A DNA stretch of 64,000 bases. Origin: a virus. Positions within the stretch are counted from its first letter, which is position 1. Each line of letters opens with the position of its first letter. The translations under genes and the position numbers were made by a program. The notes under the pieces were generated by a model, which had not been told where the DNA came from, did no database searches, and saw only the letters and a list, made by a program, of their open reading frames with translations. Positions 8,845 to 18,182 of the stretch are shown piece after piece. The stretch is taken from the IMG/VR virus record IMGVR_UViG_3300002092_001594, positions 32,001 through 96,000 of that record; one strand, given 5' to 3'.

Positions 8845-9327
8845 TTAGAGTAATTTTGTCACAACCGAAACGCATGCTTTTTTTATTGCATTTCTTTGTA
8901 CGGCAGAATTAAACTGACCTCTTTCATTTATCAACAACGTGGATGTACTGATCTCAGAGGATCTGTCTTCAGTATTTATAGTTTTTAGTACTTTTCCAAA
9001 TCCATCAGATAAAGTACCTTTCATCCTTATTACAACTTCGTTCTTATCTTCATGGAAAACAGAAACACCTTGTTTTGTTTGTTCTACATCAAAAAAAGAA
9101 ATTTCGACATCTATAACGTAATCAGCATCAAATCTATCTACAAGAGTGAAGCCCTTATCTTGAAGGGCCTCTTGTATTACGTTTTTAACGCCAAAAGCCA
9201 GGTTTTTATTTCCTGTTAAAGGACCTGCTTTGATATTATTTACAATAGTTCCAAGAGCAGCTTTATTTTGGGCTCTACTTGAAACCCCTATTAATGTCAT
9301 AACCATAATTAAGAAAACTAGTTTCAT
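8845..9327 (-). CDS. exported CsgG/LptE-like alpha-beta protein
   Basis: Signal peptide; FGVKNVIQEALQDKGF...ADYVIDVEI...AIKKAC parallels the 4228-4953 protein. Confidence 0.5.
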   Translation of the reverse strand: MKLVFLIMVMTLIGVSSRAQNKAALGTIVNNIKAGPLTGNKNLAFGVKNVIQEALQDKGFTLVDRFDADYVIDVEISFFDVEQTKQGVSVFHEDKNEVVIRMKGTLSDGFGKVLKTINTEDRSSEISTSTLLINERGQFNSAVQRNAIKKACVSVVTKLL

Positions 9328-9357
9328 TACGGTTTAGATATAAATAGGATATATGTC

Positions 9358-10011
9358 TTACTTAAATTTAAATCCTGTCAGTTTTTCTACGTCTCCTACT
9401 GTAACTTCATGTGAATGTAGTCCGACTGGTTTATCGGCGGTATTATCGAAGATATATGCTTGATACTCTTTAAGCTTTACTACGTAGATAACTTTCCAGC
9501 ATTGTTTAGGAACGGATACTTTACCTATTTTTTTTGCAACACCTACTGAACCTGCCCAAACGTGTACACTGTCACTTTGTAAAGCAATAGCTCTTTCTAC
9601 AACTTCCAAAGCTTTCCAATCACCTGCGTTTAAGCTGTGATACTGAGGTGCCATGTTAGAAAAGTAAAAACACTCTGTTTGAACCATATCTCCTTGGCAT
9701 TGATTTTCTGCTGCAGGACACATATGACCTCTATCTGTACCTGAACCTACGTAGTCTTTCATAAGATCGGTTTCAGTTTTTAATAATGGATCTGGTGCGA
9801 ATTGATCTTTACGTGCAAGTTGGTTTGCACAACTTACTTTAGCTTTAGTTACATACCATTCGACTAGTACCGGGTAGTACTTAGACTTACTGAATACTGT
9901 AGTGTAATTAGTATGCTTAATACGAACTGTATCTTGTGCATTTAATGCAAGTACTACAAATATGCTCAAAAAAGCAATAAGTGCTAATGTTAGTAAAAGT
10001 TTCTTTTTCAT
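9358..10011 (-). CDS. secreted DNA/RNA non-specific endonuclease (NucA/EndoG family)
   Basis: DRGHMCPA, FYFSNMAPQ, N..W..LE motifs; signal peptide from MKKKLLL at 10011. Confidence 0.92.
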   Translation of the reverse strand: MKKKLLLTLALIAFLSIFVVLALNAQDTVRIKHTNYTTVFSKSKYYPVLVEWYVTKAKVSCANQLARKDQFAPDPLLKTETDLMKDYVGSGTDRGHMCPAAENQCQGDMVQTECFYFSNMAPQYHSLNAGDWKALEVVERAIALQSDSVHVWAGSVGVAKKIGKVSVPKQCWKVIYVVKLKEYQAYIFDNTADKPVGLHSHEVTVGDVEKLTGFKFK

Positions 10012-10041
10012 ACTTATAAATAGTTCATACTTATAAATAGT
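10007..10041. repeat. tandem 17-bp repeat TTCATACTTATAAATAG; 10020-10041 is also identical over 22 bp to 13955-13976
   Basis: Read directly from the sequence. Confidence 0.9.
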
Positions 10042-10373
10042 TATAATGCAAAACTTTCTCCGCATCCGCAAGTGCGAGAAGCATTTGGATTAATAAATTG
10101 AAATCCTTTACCGTTTAATCCATCACTATACTCTAATTGTGTTCCAAATAGATATAGTAAAGATTTCCTATCTATTAGTATCTTTAAACCAGCTTCTGAT
10201 TCTACAATTTCATCTGTTTGATCAATATGATCATCGAAATCCATTACGTAAGATAAACCACTACATCCTCCTCCTTTAACGCCAACTCTTAAGAAATGAG
10301 TATCAGGAGTAACTCCTTCTTCCATCATTAAGCCGATAACGTGATTTAATGCTTTCTCTGTAATTGTTACCAT
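10041..10373 (-). CDS. iscA: A-type Fe-S cluster carrier protein (IscA/HesB)
   Basis: GGGCSGLSY and NPNASRTCGCGESF. Confidence 0.93.
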   Translation of the reverse strand: MVTITEKALNHVIGLMMEEGVTPDTHFLRVGVKGGGCSGLSYVMDFDDHIDQTDEIVESEAGLKILIDRKSLLYLFGTQLEYSDGLNGKGFQFINPNASRTCGCGESFAL

Positions 10374-10681
10374 TATGCATACTTTAATCCGAAGAACTCA
10401 TAGTTTTTATGTACTGATTCTTCTTCGCCTGCTTTAATTGCTAAATCTTCATCTTCATAAATTGCACTAACAGGACATTCAGGAACACAAGCACCACAAT
10501 TGATACAAGTATCTGGATCTATATATAATTGTCCGCCTGGAAATGCTTCTTTACCTTGTGCTGCTACTTCTGCACCAGAACCTCCAATATTTATAGGTCC
10601 GTGAATACAGTCAACAGGGCAAGCGTTAGCACAAGCTGTATCCATACAGTCAACACAACTTTTTCCAATAATAAAGCTCAT
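10373..10681 (-). CDS. 4Fe-4S dicluster ferredoxin
   Basis: CVDC...CANACPVDCI and CINCGACVPECPV. Confidence 0.93.
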   Translation of the reverse strand: MSFIIGKSCVDCMDTACANACPVDCIHGPINIGGSGAEVAAQGKEAFPGGQLYIDPDTCINCGACVPECPVSAIYEDEDLAIKAGEEESVHKNYEFFGLKYA

Positions 10682-10691
10682 AATCTATAAT

Positions 10692-11102
10692 TTATATATG
10701 TGATTCTTCAAATATAATTGCCTCTAAGCCTTGTTTTACTCTATAATCATTAATAGCTGATTTGATAGCATCTTCTGCTAAAACTGAACAGTGAATTTTT
10801 ACTGGAGGCAAATTTAATTCCTCTACTAAATCCATATTATCTATAGTAATAGCTTCGTCTAATGTCTTACCTTTTAGCCATTCAGTTGCTACTGAAGAAG
10901 ATGCAATTGCTGAACCACATCCGAATGTTTTAAACTTAGCGTTAACAATTATATCATTCTCTACTTCGATCTGTAATCTCATTACATCGCCACATTCTGG
11001 TGCACCTACTAATCCCGTACCTACGTTAGGTTTAGACTTATCTAAAGTTCCAACATTCTTAGGATTAGAGTAGTGATCCAATACTTTATCGCTATATGCC
11101 AT
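10692..11102 (-). CDS. iscU: Fe-S scaffold protein IscU
   Basis: APECGDVM, FGCGSAIASSS, LPPVKIHCS. Confidence 0.97.
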   Translation of the reverse strand: MAYSDKVLDHYSNPKNVGTLDKSKPNVGTGLVGAPECGDVMRLQIEVENDIIVNAKFKTFGCGSAIASSSVATEWLKGKTLDEAITIDNMDLVEELNLPPVKIHCSVLAEDAIKSAINDYRVKQGLEAIIFEESHI

Positions 11103-11123
11103 ATTTGAGTTATTTTAAATAAA

Positions 11124-11157
11124 TAGAGAAAGCTCTCCTTAATTGGAGAGCTCTCTA
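11124..11157 (-). terminator. probable intrinsic terminator after groEL, abutting a TATTTAT motif for iscU
   Basis: AGCTCTCC-N6-GGAGAGCT hairpin followed by a T-rich run on the minus strand. Confidence 0.65.
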
Positions 11158-11174
11158 CTTTAAGGAAACCTTAA

Positions 11175-12812
11175 TTAATACATTCCCATGTTCGGGTCTT
11201 GTTCTTGCTTCTTCTTATCGTCTCTCTTTTCAAAGATAACTGATTCTGTTGTCAAGATAGTTCCTGCTACAGATGCTGCATTCTCTAAAGCCGTACGAGT
11301 TACTTTAGTTGGATCTAATAATCCTACTGTAAATGCATCTACTATTTCTTGCTTCTTAGCATCATAAGTAAAAGAATCTGCCTCTGTTGCATTTTTTAAG
11401 ATCGAATAGTAATCTTCAATACCGCAGTTGCTTAAGATAGTCTTAAATGGTGCGTAACATGTTTTCTTTACAATATCAAAACCTAATAATTCATCTGATG
11501 ATATCTCTCTAGGTAAAATCGGTAAGTTATTAACTGCTCTAATCAAAGCAATACCGCCACCAGGAACGACACCTTCTGTTAAGGCTGCTTTAGTAGCAAA
11601 TAAAGCATCTTCTACTCTATCTTTTCTCTCTTTAATTTCAATATCAGAATTACCTCCTACTGAAATGATAGCTACACCGCCAACTAGTTTACCTAATCTC
11701 TCTTGTAACTTTTCTTTCTCGTAGAATGAAGTAGCTTTCTCAATTTGATCTTTAATCTCTTGAGCACGTGCTGTAATCTTCTCTACCTCTCCATTACCAT
11801 CAACGATAGTAGTTGTTTCTTTAGCTACATTAATTGTTCTAGCTTTACCAAACATTTCTACAAGTTGAACAGGAGTTAATTTATCTAACTTATGTCCTTT
11901 ATCTTTAGAGATAACTGTACCGCCTGTTAAGATAGCTAAGTCTTCTAAGATTAAAGTTCTTCTCTCTCCAAAATCTGGAGCTTTAACTGCTGCTACTGAA
12001 ACAATACCTCTCATCTTATTTACAATCAAAGTAGCTAATGCTTCATCTTCGATATCTTCTGCAACAATTAATAAAGGTTTGTTATCTGAGTTTACTTTGC
12101 TTAATGCATTTAATAATTCAGCTGCTTTAGTAATACGTCCGTCGTAGATTAAGATGTATGGTTCAGTTAATGAAGCATTCATCGTAGTGTTGTTAGTAAC
12201 AAAGTATGGAGATTTATAACCTCTATCAAATTGCATACCTTCTACAATCTCTAAACTAGTTTCACCTGTCTTAGATTCTTCGATAGTAACAATACCCTCT
12301 CTACCTACCTTTTCGATAGCTGTAGAGATTAAGTTACCTACCTCTACATCGCCGTTAGCTGAAATAGTAGCTACTTGTTGGATTTGATCTTGCGAACTTA
12401 CATCCTTAGCAATTTTTTTGATTTGCTCTACTACCTGTGCTACGTACTTATCGATACCCTTCTTTACTTCTACTGGATTAGATCCTTGGTTAATTAACTT
12501 TAAACCTTCTTCTACCATAGTAGCTGCAAGTAAAGTAGAGGTAGTAGTACCGTCGCCTGCTTCATTAGCAGACTTAATAGATACTTGCTTTACTAATTGT
12601 GCGCCTAAGTCTTCTACTTGGTCTTCTAACTCATGAAAAGATTTAGCTACTGTAACGCCATCTTTAGTTACTTTTACTTCGCCTGATTGATCTTTAATCA
12701 ATACTGTTCTACCGCCTGGTCCTAATGTTGAGGATACCGACTGGTTTAGCTGTTTAATACCTGCTAATAATTTATTTTTTAGCTCAATTCCGAAAACTGT
12801 CTGTGTTGCCAT
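11175..12812 (-). CDS. groEL: chaperonin GroEL
   Basis: [39 protein letters not shown]. Confidence 0.97.
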   Translation of the reverse strand: MATQTVFGIELKNKLLAGIKQLNQSVSSTLGPGGRTVLIKDQSGEVKVTKDGVTVAKSFHELEDQVEDLGAQLVKQVSIKSANEAGDGTTTSTLLAATMVEEGLKLINQGSNPVEVKKGIDKYVAQVVEQIKKIAKDVSSQDQIQQVATISANGDVEVGNLISTAIEKVGREGIVTIEESKTGETSLEIVEGMQFDRGYKSPYFVTNNTTMNASLTEPYILIYDGRITKAAELLNALSKVNSDNKPLLIVAEDIEDEALATLIVNKMRGIVSVAAVKAPDFGERRTLILEDLAILTGGTVISKDKGHKLDKLTPVQLVEMFGKARTINVAKETTTIVDGNGEVEKITARAQEIKDQIEKATSFYEKEKLQERLGKLVGGVAIISVGGNSDIEIKERKDRVEDALFATKAALTEGVVPGGGIALIRAVNNLPILPREISSDELLGFDIVKKTCYAPFKTILSNCGIEDYYSILKNATEADSFTYDAKKQEIVDAFTVGLLDPTKVTRTALENAASVAGTILTTESVIFEKRDDKKKQEQDPNMGMY

Positions 12813-12814
12813 TT

Positions 12815-13174
12815 CTAATTAATTTTTGTTTTAAATACATCGTCTATTACCGTCTCTTTAAGAATGTCTAGTACAGATGTACTTTCACTAATCTTGGAAT
12901 AAACGTCTTGTTCTTTTACAATATAGTAATCTTCCCCTTCTACAGTGATTGATACAGATCCCATTTTCGGAATCAATACTTTATCCCCAACTGCTAGACT
13001 AGAGTCTACATACTTATCAGAGTTGTAGTTATACACTTTTGAAGTAGCAATTACTTCTCCTAGTTCAGGTCTTTCTTTACCTAAGTCAGGGATAATAATA
13101 TTACCTACTGTTTGTTCTTCTTCTTCGATTGGCTTAAGAACTAAATAGCCGTTAAGTGGATTTAATTTACTCAT
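12815..13174 (-). CDS. groES: co-chaperonin GroES
   Basis: PLNGYLVLK, GNIIIPD mobile loop, VGDKVL; adjacent to groEL. Confidence 0.93.
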   Translation of the reverse strand: MSKLNPLNGYLVLKPIEEEEQTVGNIIIPDLGKERPELGEVIATSKVYNYNSDKYVDSSLAVGDKVLIPKMGSVSITVEGEDYYIVKEQDVYSKISESTSVLDILKETVIDDVFKTKIN

Positions 13175-13190
13175 ATACTTAATTGTTGTT

Positions 13191-13385
13191 TTAATCTTCT
13201 ATTATTTCAATATCAGGAATACTTCTCAGAAAAAAAAATTTATCTTCTTTTTTTAATACAATATCTGCATGCCAATTCTCTTTCAAATTTTCTACATTAG
13301 GATTGTCACTCATTCGTACAATCTCTATAACATAGTAGAGAGTCTCATTAAAGGTAATAAATTCTTTCTTGATAAAGGGTATCAT
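13191..13385 (-). CDS. hypothetical protein
   Basis: 64-aa ORF between hsp20 and groES. Confidence 0.6.
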   Translation of the reverse strand: MIPFIKKEFITFNETLYYVIEIVRMSDNPNVENLKENWHADIVLKKEDKFFFLRSIPDIEIIED

Positions 13386-13392
13386 AACTGGT

Positions 13393-13910
13393 TACTTAGT
13401 AGGCCTACTTTTTATTTAGCTTTTAAAGCTTTAGGTGTGCTGATCTGTATTTGTTTTACAGCTTTGCCTTCTGCAACTGGGATTGTTAATACAAGCAATC
13501 CTTTATCTAGAGATGCTTCTAACTTACCTAGATCAAATTTAGTTGAAATCTTCCAAGTAATATTAAAAGAGGATCTCTTGATACCTCTATAGATTGGAGC
13601 TTCTTCTGCTTTGTTAGGTTTTTCGTATGTAATACGTAATTGATCTCCGTCGACAATGATATTAATATCTTCTTTGTCAAGGCCTACTGCGGCTACTTCA
13701 AATCGAATGCCGTCTTCTGTTTCAAAAATGTCTACTGGGTGGGTTACTTTCTGCGTAATGGCAGCAAAGTGTGATTGTGTGTCGAATAAATCTCGCCATA
13801 ATAGGTCGAATGGATCTAGCTCAAATGGTCTAAATGTCATTTTGTTTAGTTTTGTGTTCCCTTACGGTGAACGGTTTAAAAATTGTTTATAACTTAAGGC
13901 CTACTAAGTA
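13393..13910. repeat. 14-bp inverted repeat flanking hsp20 (13393-13406 / 13897-13910)
   Basis: TACTTAGTAGGCCT ... AGGCCTACTAAGTA. Confidence 0.9.
13412..13840 (-). CDS. small heat-shock protein Hsp20
   Basis: HPVDI, AAVGLDKEDI, YRGIKRSSF, ASLDKGLLVLTIP alpha-crystallin motifs. Confidence 0.93.
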   Translation of the reverse strand: MTFRPFELDPFDLLWRDLFDTQSHFAAITQKVTHPVDIFETEDGIRFEVAAVGLDKEDINIIVDGDQLRITYEKPNKAEEAPIYRGIKRSSFNITWKISTKFDLGKLEASLDKGLLVLTIPVAEGKAVKQIQISTPKALKAK

Positions 13911-13930
13911 CCTTATTTCTCATAAATATA

Positions 13931-13963
13931 CTACTTTTTATTGTAATGTTTTCTATAGTTCAT
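13931..13963 (-). pseudogene. 10-codon remnant resembling the N-terminus of an HNH homing endonuclease (MNYRKHYNKK*)
   Basis: Follows a CTATTTAT motif, as do the two intact HNH genes. Confidence 0.4.
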
Positions 13964-14005
13964 ACTTATAAATAGTGTCCATCTCAGAAAACATACTAAA
14001 GAAGG

Positions 14006-16315
14006 TCAATGGCCATCACGGAAGTTGTTTGCAACCTCAGGAATTGCAATTAATTCTACGCCATCTAGCTTAGTTGTATTTTCCATACAGTCTTGGACAA
14101 TCTCACAAGCTCTCTTAACGTCTTCAATTTTTACTTGGCAAATCAATTGGTCATGTATCTGTGCAATTACTTGTCCTACTATATTTTCCTTACGGAATTT
14201 ACGATTTATTTGTAAAGCTGCACGGTTTACTATGCTTGCTGCATAACTCTGAATTTGATAGTTTAAAACGTTATTAAGAGCATTTTTATAATCTCTATAT
14301 AATGTAGTAACTGCTTCTACTCCGTAGCTTGCTTCTATACCTTTTCTAAATTTCCAGTCATCGAGAATTTTATCTCCGAAAGCTTCATAGATTTCCTTTG
14401 CTTTAGGTAGATGTCTAATACGTCCTACCTTATTTTTAATATATCCATGCTCTTTTACAAACTTTCTAGAATTCTCTCTCCACTCTCTTAATTGCGGGAA
14501 TCCATTTAAGTAACCTTCTACAAGTCTCTCTCCTTCTTTTTTGTCTATTTTTAGAGACATAGCTAATGCATATCCTGACATACCATAAGGTACACCTAAG
14601 GCATAGCCTTTAGCAGTTTGTCTTTTAACTGGATCTACTTTCTTTAAGAAGTTAGGTGCTTGAGTATGTGCACTAACACCTTCAAGCTTTTCTGTCTTAA
14701 TAGCAATGTGAGAGTAAAAATCTAAATCGTTATTAAAAATCTCTTTTAGTCCTTGATCGCCTGCTACTGTAGCAAATACTCTAGGTTCTAGGGATGCATA
14801 GTCAGTATCAAGTAACTTTGTACCTTCATCGCAAATAAAGAAAGCTCTTACTACATTAGTATATCCTGTAAGTAAAGCCTCTTCCTGACCTTCTTCTAAC
14901 GGTTTAGGTAATTGCTGTAAGTCAGAACCGTATCTACCTGATACGGTACCATTTTGTTTAAAATACGGATAGAACTTTTCATCTTCTGCTGCATCTAAGA
15001 AACGATCAACATAAGCTGTCTTGATCTTAGTAAGCTTATTATATAAGCGTAAGTGCTTAGCCCACGAATACTTATCGCTAATAGACTGAATCATATCTTC
15101 ATCGAATTGAGGCTTACCTTTATCAGTACTTGATAATGGTTTCTCTCCTAATACATCGAAAGCAATCTTACCTAATTGATCTTTAGATTGAATATTAAAA
15201 AACTGTCCGTCGTTATCTTCCTTCCACAAAGTCATACTAACCTTAGCTACTTGCTCTTTAGTTAGATAACTTTCATCGCCAGTCATTAAAAAGTCCTTAA
15301 TAGGTCCTTCTGCAAGAGATGTAACAGCTGTTTTATTAATAGCAAACTTACCTGTTCTTTCTGATCTAGGTAATTCAATGCCGCTTTGTTCTAATAGTCT
15401 TTGTGCAAACGTACCTTTATGCTTAGGAGGGTAGGCAGTTCTAGCCTGCTCTAATATCCAGCTTCTTACTTGCGGTAGAGCTAACAACTCTTTAACAACT
15501 AAAGTAGATTGCTCTTCTAAGTCTTTTGTAATATTATCTTGAGTCTCTTGAATAAGAGCTACGTTAAGTCTAATACCGTGCTCTTCCATTGGTATAGTAA
15601 CCTCTCTATAAACAGGCATTACCTCCTCTTCAAAGAAAAAATGCTCTAATCCTTCGTCTTTAAGTACCTGTAGGAAGTGGTAGAAAATACGTAAAGTTAA
15701 ATCCGTATCGGCTGCAGCATATTTAGCGAGTATAGCCATATCTGCTTTATAAATCTCAAAGTTATCTTTCGATACGGCCCCGCCATTTGCTTTAATGCTA
15801 GCTTTTAATTCTAACTGCTCTTCATTAGCTTCTGATTCTACGTCTAGACCAATTTCCTTCTGTACCATTTTAGCAATAGATTTTAATCCAAAAGGATTAC
15901 CAAACCCAAACGCACCTTCCTCTTTAACTGTGTGTACAAGTAAGGCAGTATCAGCGTGTAGTGCTGGAAGTAAATCTATACCGTAAAAATTCTTTGTAAA
16001 TCGAACGTCAAAAGAGGCATTATGCATTACTAATTTTTTCTTTAGTAACTGACTTATAGCATACTTTGCTAATTTATCTGCATTTGTACCATCTATGCTT
16101 AGCTCTACTAATTGTTCGTTCTTCCATTCACGAATTGGCATGTAATAACCTTTACCAATCTCACCAGATACAGAAAATCCAATAATCAAACCCTTACGGG
16201 GATTCAGACTATTGGTTTCCGTATCATACGCAACGAGTTCACTATCGTTAATATGTTTAATTAAATCTTTTAGAGTCTCTTTACTATTGACCGTTACATA
16301 ACTTTTTTCTTGCAT
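14006..16315 (-). CDS. polA: family A DNA polymerase with 3'-5' exonuclease
   Basis: YDTET exo I, HNASFD exo II, YAAAD exo III; motifs A DYASLEPR, B RQTAKGYALGVPYG, C QIHDQL. Confidence 0.96.
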   Translation of the reverse strand: MQEKSYVTVNSKETLKDLIKHINDSELVAYDTETNSLNPRKGLIIGFSVSGEIGKGYYMPIREWKNEQLVELSIDGTNADKLAKYAISQLLKKKLVMHNASFDVRFTKNFYGIDLLPALHADTALLVHTVKEEGAFGFGNPFGLKSIAKMVQKEIGLDVESEANEEQLELKASIKANGGAVSKDNFEIYKADMAILAKYAAADTDLTLRIFYHFLQVLKDEGLEHFFFEEEVMPVYREVTIPMEEHGIRLNVALIQETQDNITKDLEEQSTLVVKELLALPQVRSWILEQARTAYPPKHKGTFAQRLLEQSGIELPRSERTGKFAINKTAVTSLAEGPIKDFLMTGDESYLTKEQVAKVSMTLWKEDNDGQFFNIQSKDQLGKIAFDVLGEKPLSSTDKGKPQFDEDMIQSISDKYSWAKHLRLYNKLTKIKTAYVDRFLDAAEDEKFYPYFKQNGTVSGRYGSDLQQLPKPLEEGQEEALLTGYTNVVRAFFICDEGTKLLDTDYASLEPRVFATVAGDQGLKEIFNNDLDFYSHIAIKTEKLEGVSAHTQAPNFLKKVDPVKRQTAKGYALGVPYGMSGYALAMSLKIDKKEGERLVEGYLNGFPQLREWRENSRKFVKEHGYIKNKVGRIRHLPKAKEIYEAFGDKILDDWKFRKGIEASYGVEAVTTLYRDYKNALNNVLNYQIQSYAASIVNRAALQINRKFRKENIVGQVIAQIHDQLICQVKIEDVKRACEIVQDCMENTTKLDGVELIAIPEVANNFRDGH

Positions 16316-16318
16316 AAC

Positions 16319-17338
16319 TTATATTACTTCCTGGTTTTCTAAAAGGTCTTTTGCTTGTTGATAAGTAAGCATAAATTCTTTCTTTCTACCTCTAAACTCT
16401 TTAATAACATCTAACTCTTGACAAAGTACAATAAAAGATCTTAAGTCTTTTTGAGAACAATCTATCTTTTGTGTCTGTACTAAAGATTGAAATTTATTAA
16501 AGGACAGGGTTTGATCACCTATTACCTTTTTACCGTTCTGATAGTATAATTTAAGTAATTTTAAGTTAAGATCTAACTGCTTAAACTTAGGAGTCTGTAA
16601 AAGTTTTTTAGTCTCTTCGTAACTGCCTAAAGTATAAAAAGCATCAAAACCTACACCAATTAGAACAATTAATTCAAGAAAAATTGTTATAAAGAGGAAT
16701 GCAGTTGAGTTTTCCAAATTCTTATCCACAGCGGTGTTCGCTTTGGCTTGTGTTTTCGTTTCAAGCTGTTGTACCTTAGCATCTTTTGCTTGCTGCAAAG
16801 AGTTAACAACTGAATCTCTATAAATCCTGTCAGCCTTTCTGCTTCCAGGTTGGCTACGGTAATAGGCAATTTCTTTATCATAGTATTTTGCTATTGAATC
16901 TGCTTTTTGATTAGATGTTGAATCTACTGCTGCAGTTATCATTTCTGAATTATCTACAAGTCTATGTGCGCCTTTAATGGATAGGTAAAAACTTCCTGCT
17001 ATTAAGAAAGAACATATCATACCTCCTATAAAGATTTGACCTGTAAGTTTTTTTACCTGTAATATGCCTGTAAAGAATTGCTCTAATGTAAATCTCTTTG
17101 TTAACTCATATCCTGTTAGAAATAAAGCTATAAAAACTGTAAAAAATATTTCTTGAAAAGGAAATAAAGTAGGTATGGAGTTTGTGACAGACTTAACAAA
17201 GAAATATCCAAAATAAATCAAAAAGATATTACCGAGAAAAGAAAAGTAGTACAAGATCCTATCAAGGGTTATATAATTCTGTTCAAGCTTAAATACTTCT
17301 AACTTAAGACGTAACCTGTTAAATTTATCTATTTTCAT
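16319..17338 (-). CDS. multi-pass membrane protein
   Basis: Four hydrophobic segments, coiled-coil loop, soluble C-terminal domain. Confidence 0.75.
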   Translation of the reverse strand: MKIDKFNRLRLKLEVFKLEQNYITLDRILYYFSFLGNIFLIYFGYFFVKSVTNSIPTLFPFQEIFFTVFIALFLTGYELTKRFTLEQFFTGILQVKKLTGQIFIGGMICSFLIAGSFYLSIKGAHRLVDNSEMITAAVDSTSNQKADSIAKYYDKEIAYYRSQPGSRKADRIYRDSVVNSLQQAKDAKVQQLETKTQAKANTAVDKNLENSTAFLFITIFLELIVLIGVGFDAFYTLGSYEETKKLLQTPKFKQLDLNLKLLKLYYQNGKKVIGDQTLSFNKFQSLVQTQKIDCSQKDLRSFIVLCQELDVIKEFRGRKKEFMLTYQQAKDLLENQEVI

Positions 17339-17339
17339 A

Positions 17340-17501
17340 TTATAATTCTTCTATTACTCCAAAGCATTCTGCAATAAAGAATAAACAGCCTCCTATAAAG
17401 AAACTGCCGTACATTAATGCTGCACAGCCAAACATTCTAATACCTGATTTTAATATACTTATTCTAAAGTGTTTAGTTGTTTTTGATTCTTTTGGTTGCA
17501 T
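17340..17501 (-). CDS. small membrane protein
   Basis: Hydrophobic ORF ending AECFGVIEEL; start chosen at MQPKES to avoid overlap. Confidence 0.6.
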   Translation of the reverse strand: MQPKESKTTKHFRISILKSGIRMFGCAALMYGSFFIGGCLFFIAECFGVIEEL

Positions 17502-17502
17502 A

Positions 17503-18012
17503 TTACCTTTGTTTATCGCCTTGGAATTGGCCATTATATAAATTTTCTTGATCTACTTCTTCGCATTTATGGAAGTATATTTGAGCTACTCTCGCATCTT
17601 CTTCGATAAATATAGTTTCATTTACTCTCATTACACATCCCATAAATTCTGTTTCGAATCCTGGATCGAATACTGATGAATGTATAATAGTACCGTTTCT
17701 TAATAAAGAAGATCTCTGTCTAATTAAACCTACATAGTCTGCAGGTAATTTACATCCTTCCCAGAAAGTAATTTCATAAGTACCGGGATACAGTATCCAT
17801 CCCTGCTCCCCGTCTAGCTTTACTTTCTCTACATCAGAGTAACCTGCTAGGGTAGTTTTATTCTTTAATACTATCCCAATTTTGTCTTGAGGATTAGCTC
17901 TAATTTGCTTTACTGTCTGTAAAGATAAATCGTAACCTACTTGAGCTTTCTTACCTTTCGACTGCTCTAATTTAAGCAATCCTTTTTCTGTTATTTGATC
18001 TGCGTTTAACAT
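17503..18012 (-). CDS. trimeric dUTPase/dCTP deaminase family protein
   Basis: GYDL, RSSLLRNG, VFDPGF, RVAQIYF, YNGQFQ. Confidence 0.88.
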   Translation of the reverse strand: MLNADQITEKGLLKLEQSKGKKAQVGYDLSLQTVKQIRANPQDKIGIVLKNKTTLAGYSDVEKVKLDGEQGWILYPGTYEITFWEGCKLPADYVGLIRQRSSLLRNGTIIHSSVFDPGFETEFMGCVMRVNETIFIEEDARVAQIYFHKCEEVDQENLYNGQFQGDKQR

Positions 18013-18014
18013 AA

Positions 18015-18182
18015 CTATTTTTTCTTTTTTGTATATGGAAACATTCTATTTAGAATATTTTTTCTTCTAGTACATCCACAATCTTCATACCCAAGCATAT
18101 GGGCAATCTTATCTGCTAGTCTATCAATATAGAAAAACTTTAGCACTTTAGCAACTGTATCTCCTAATCCTTGTGATTTCAT
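18015..18182 (-). CDS. small conserved-type phage protein (55 aa, missing from the ORF track)
   Basis: MKSQGLGDTVAKV...YEDCGCTRRKNILNRMFPY; fills the gap between folE and the dUTPase-like gene exactly. Confidence 0.75.
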   Translation of the reverse strand: MKSQGLGDTVAKVLKFFYIDRLADKIAHMLGYEDCGCTRRKNILNRMFPYTKKKK

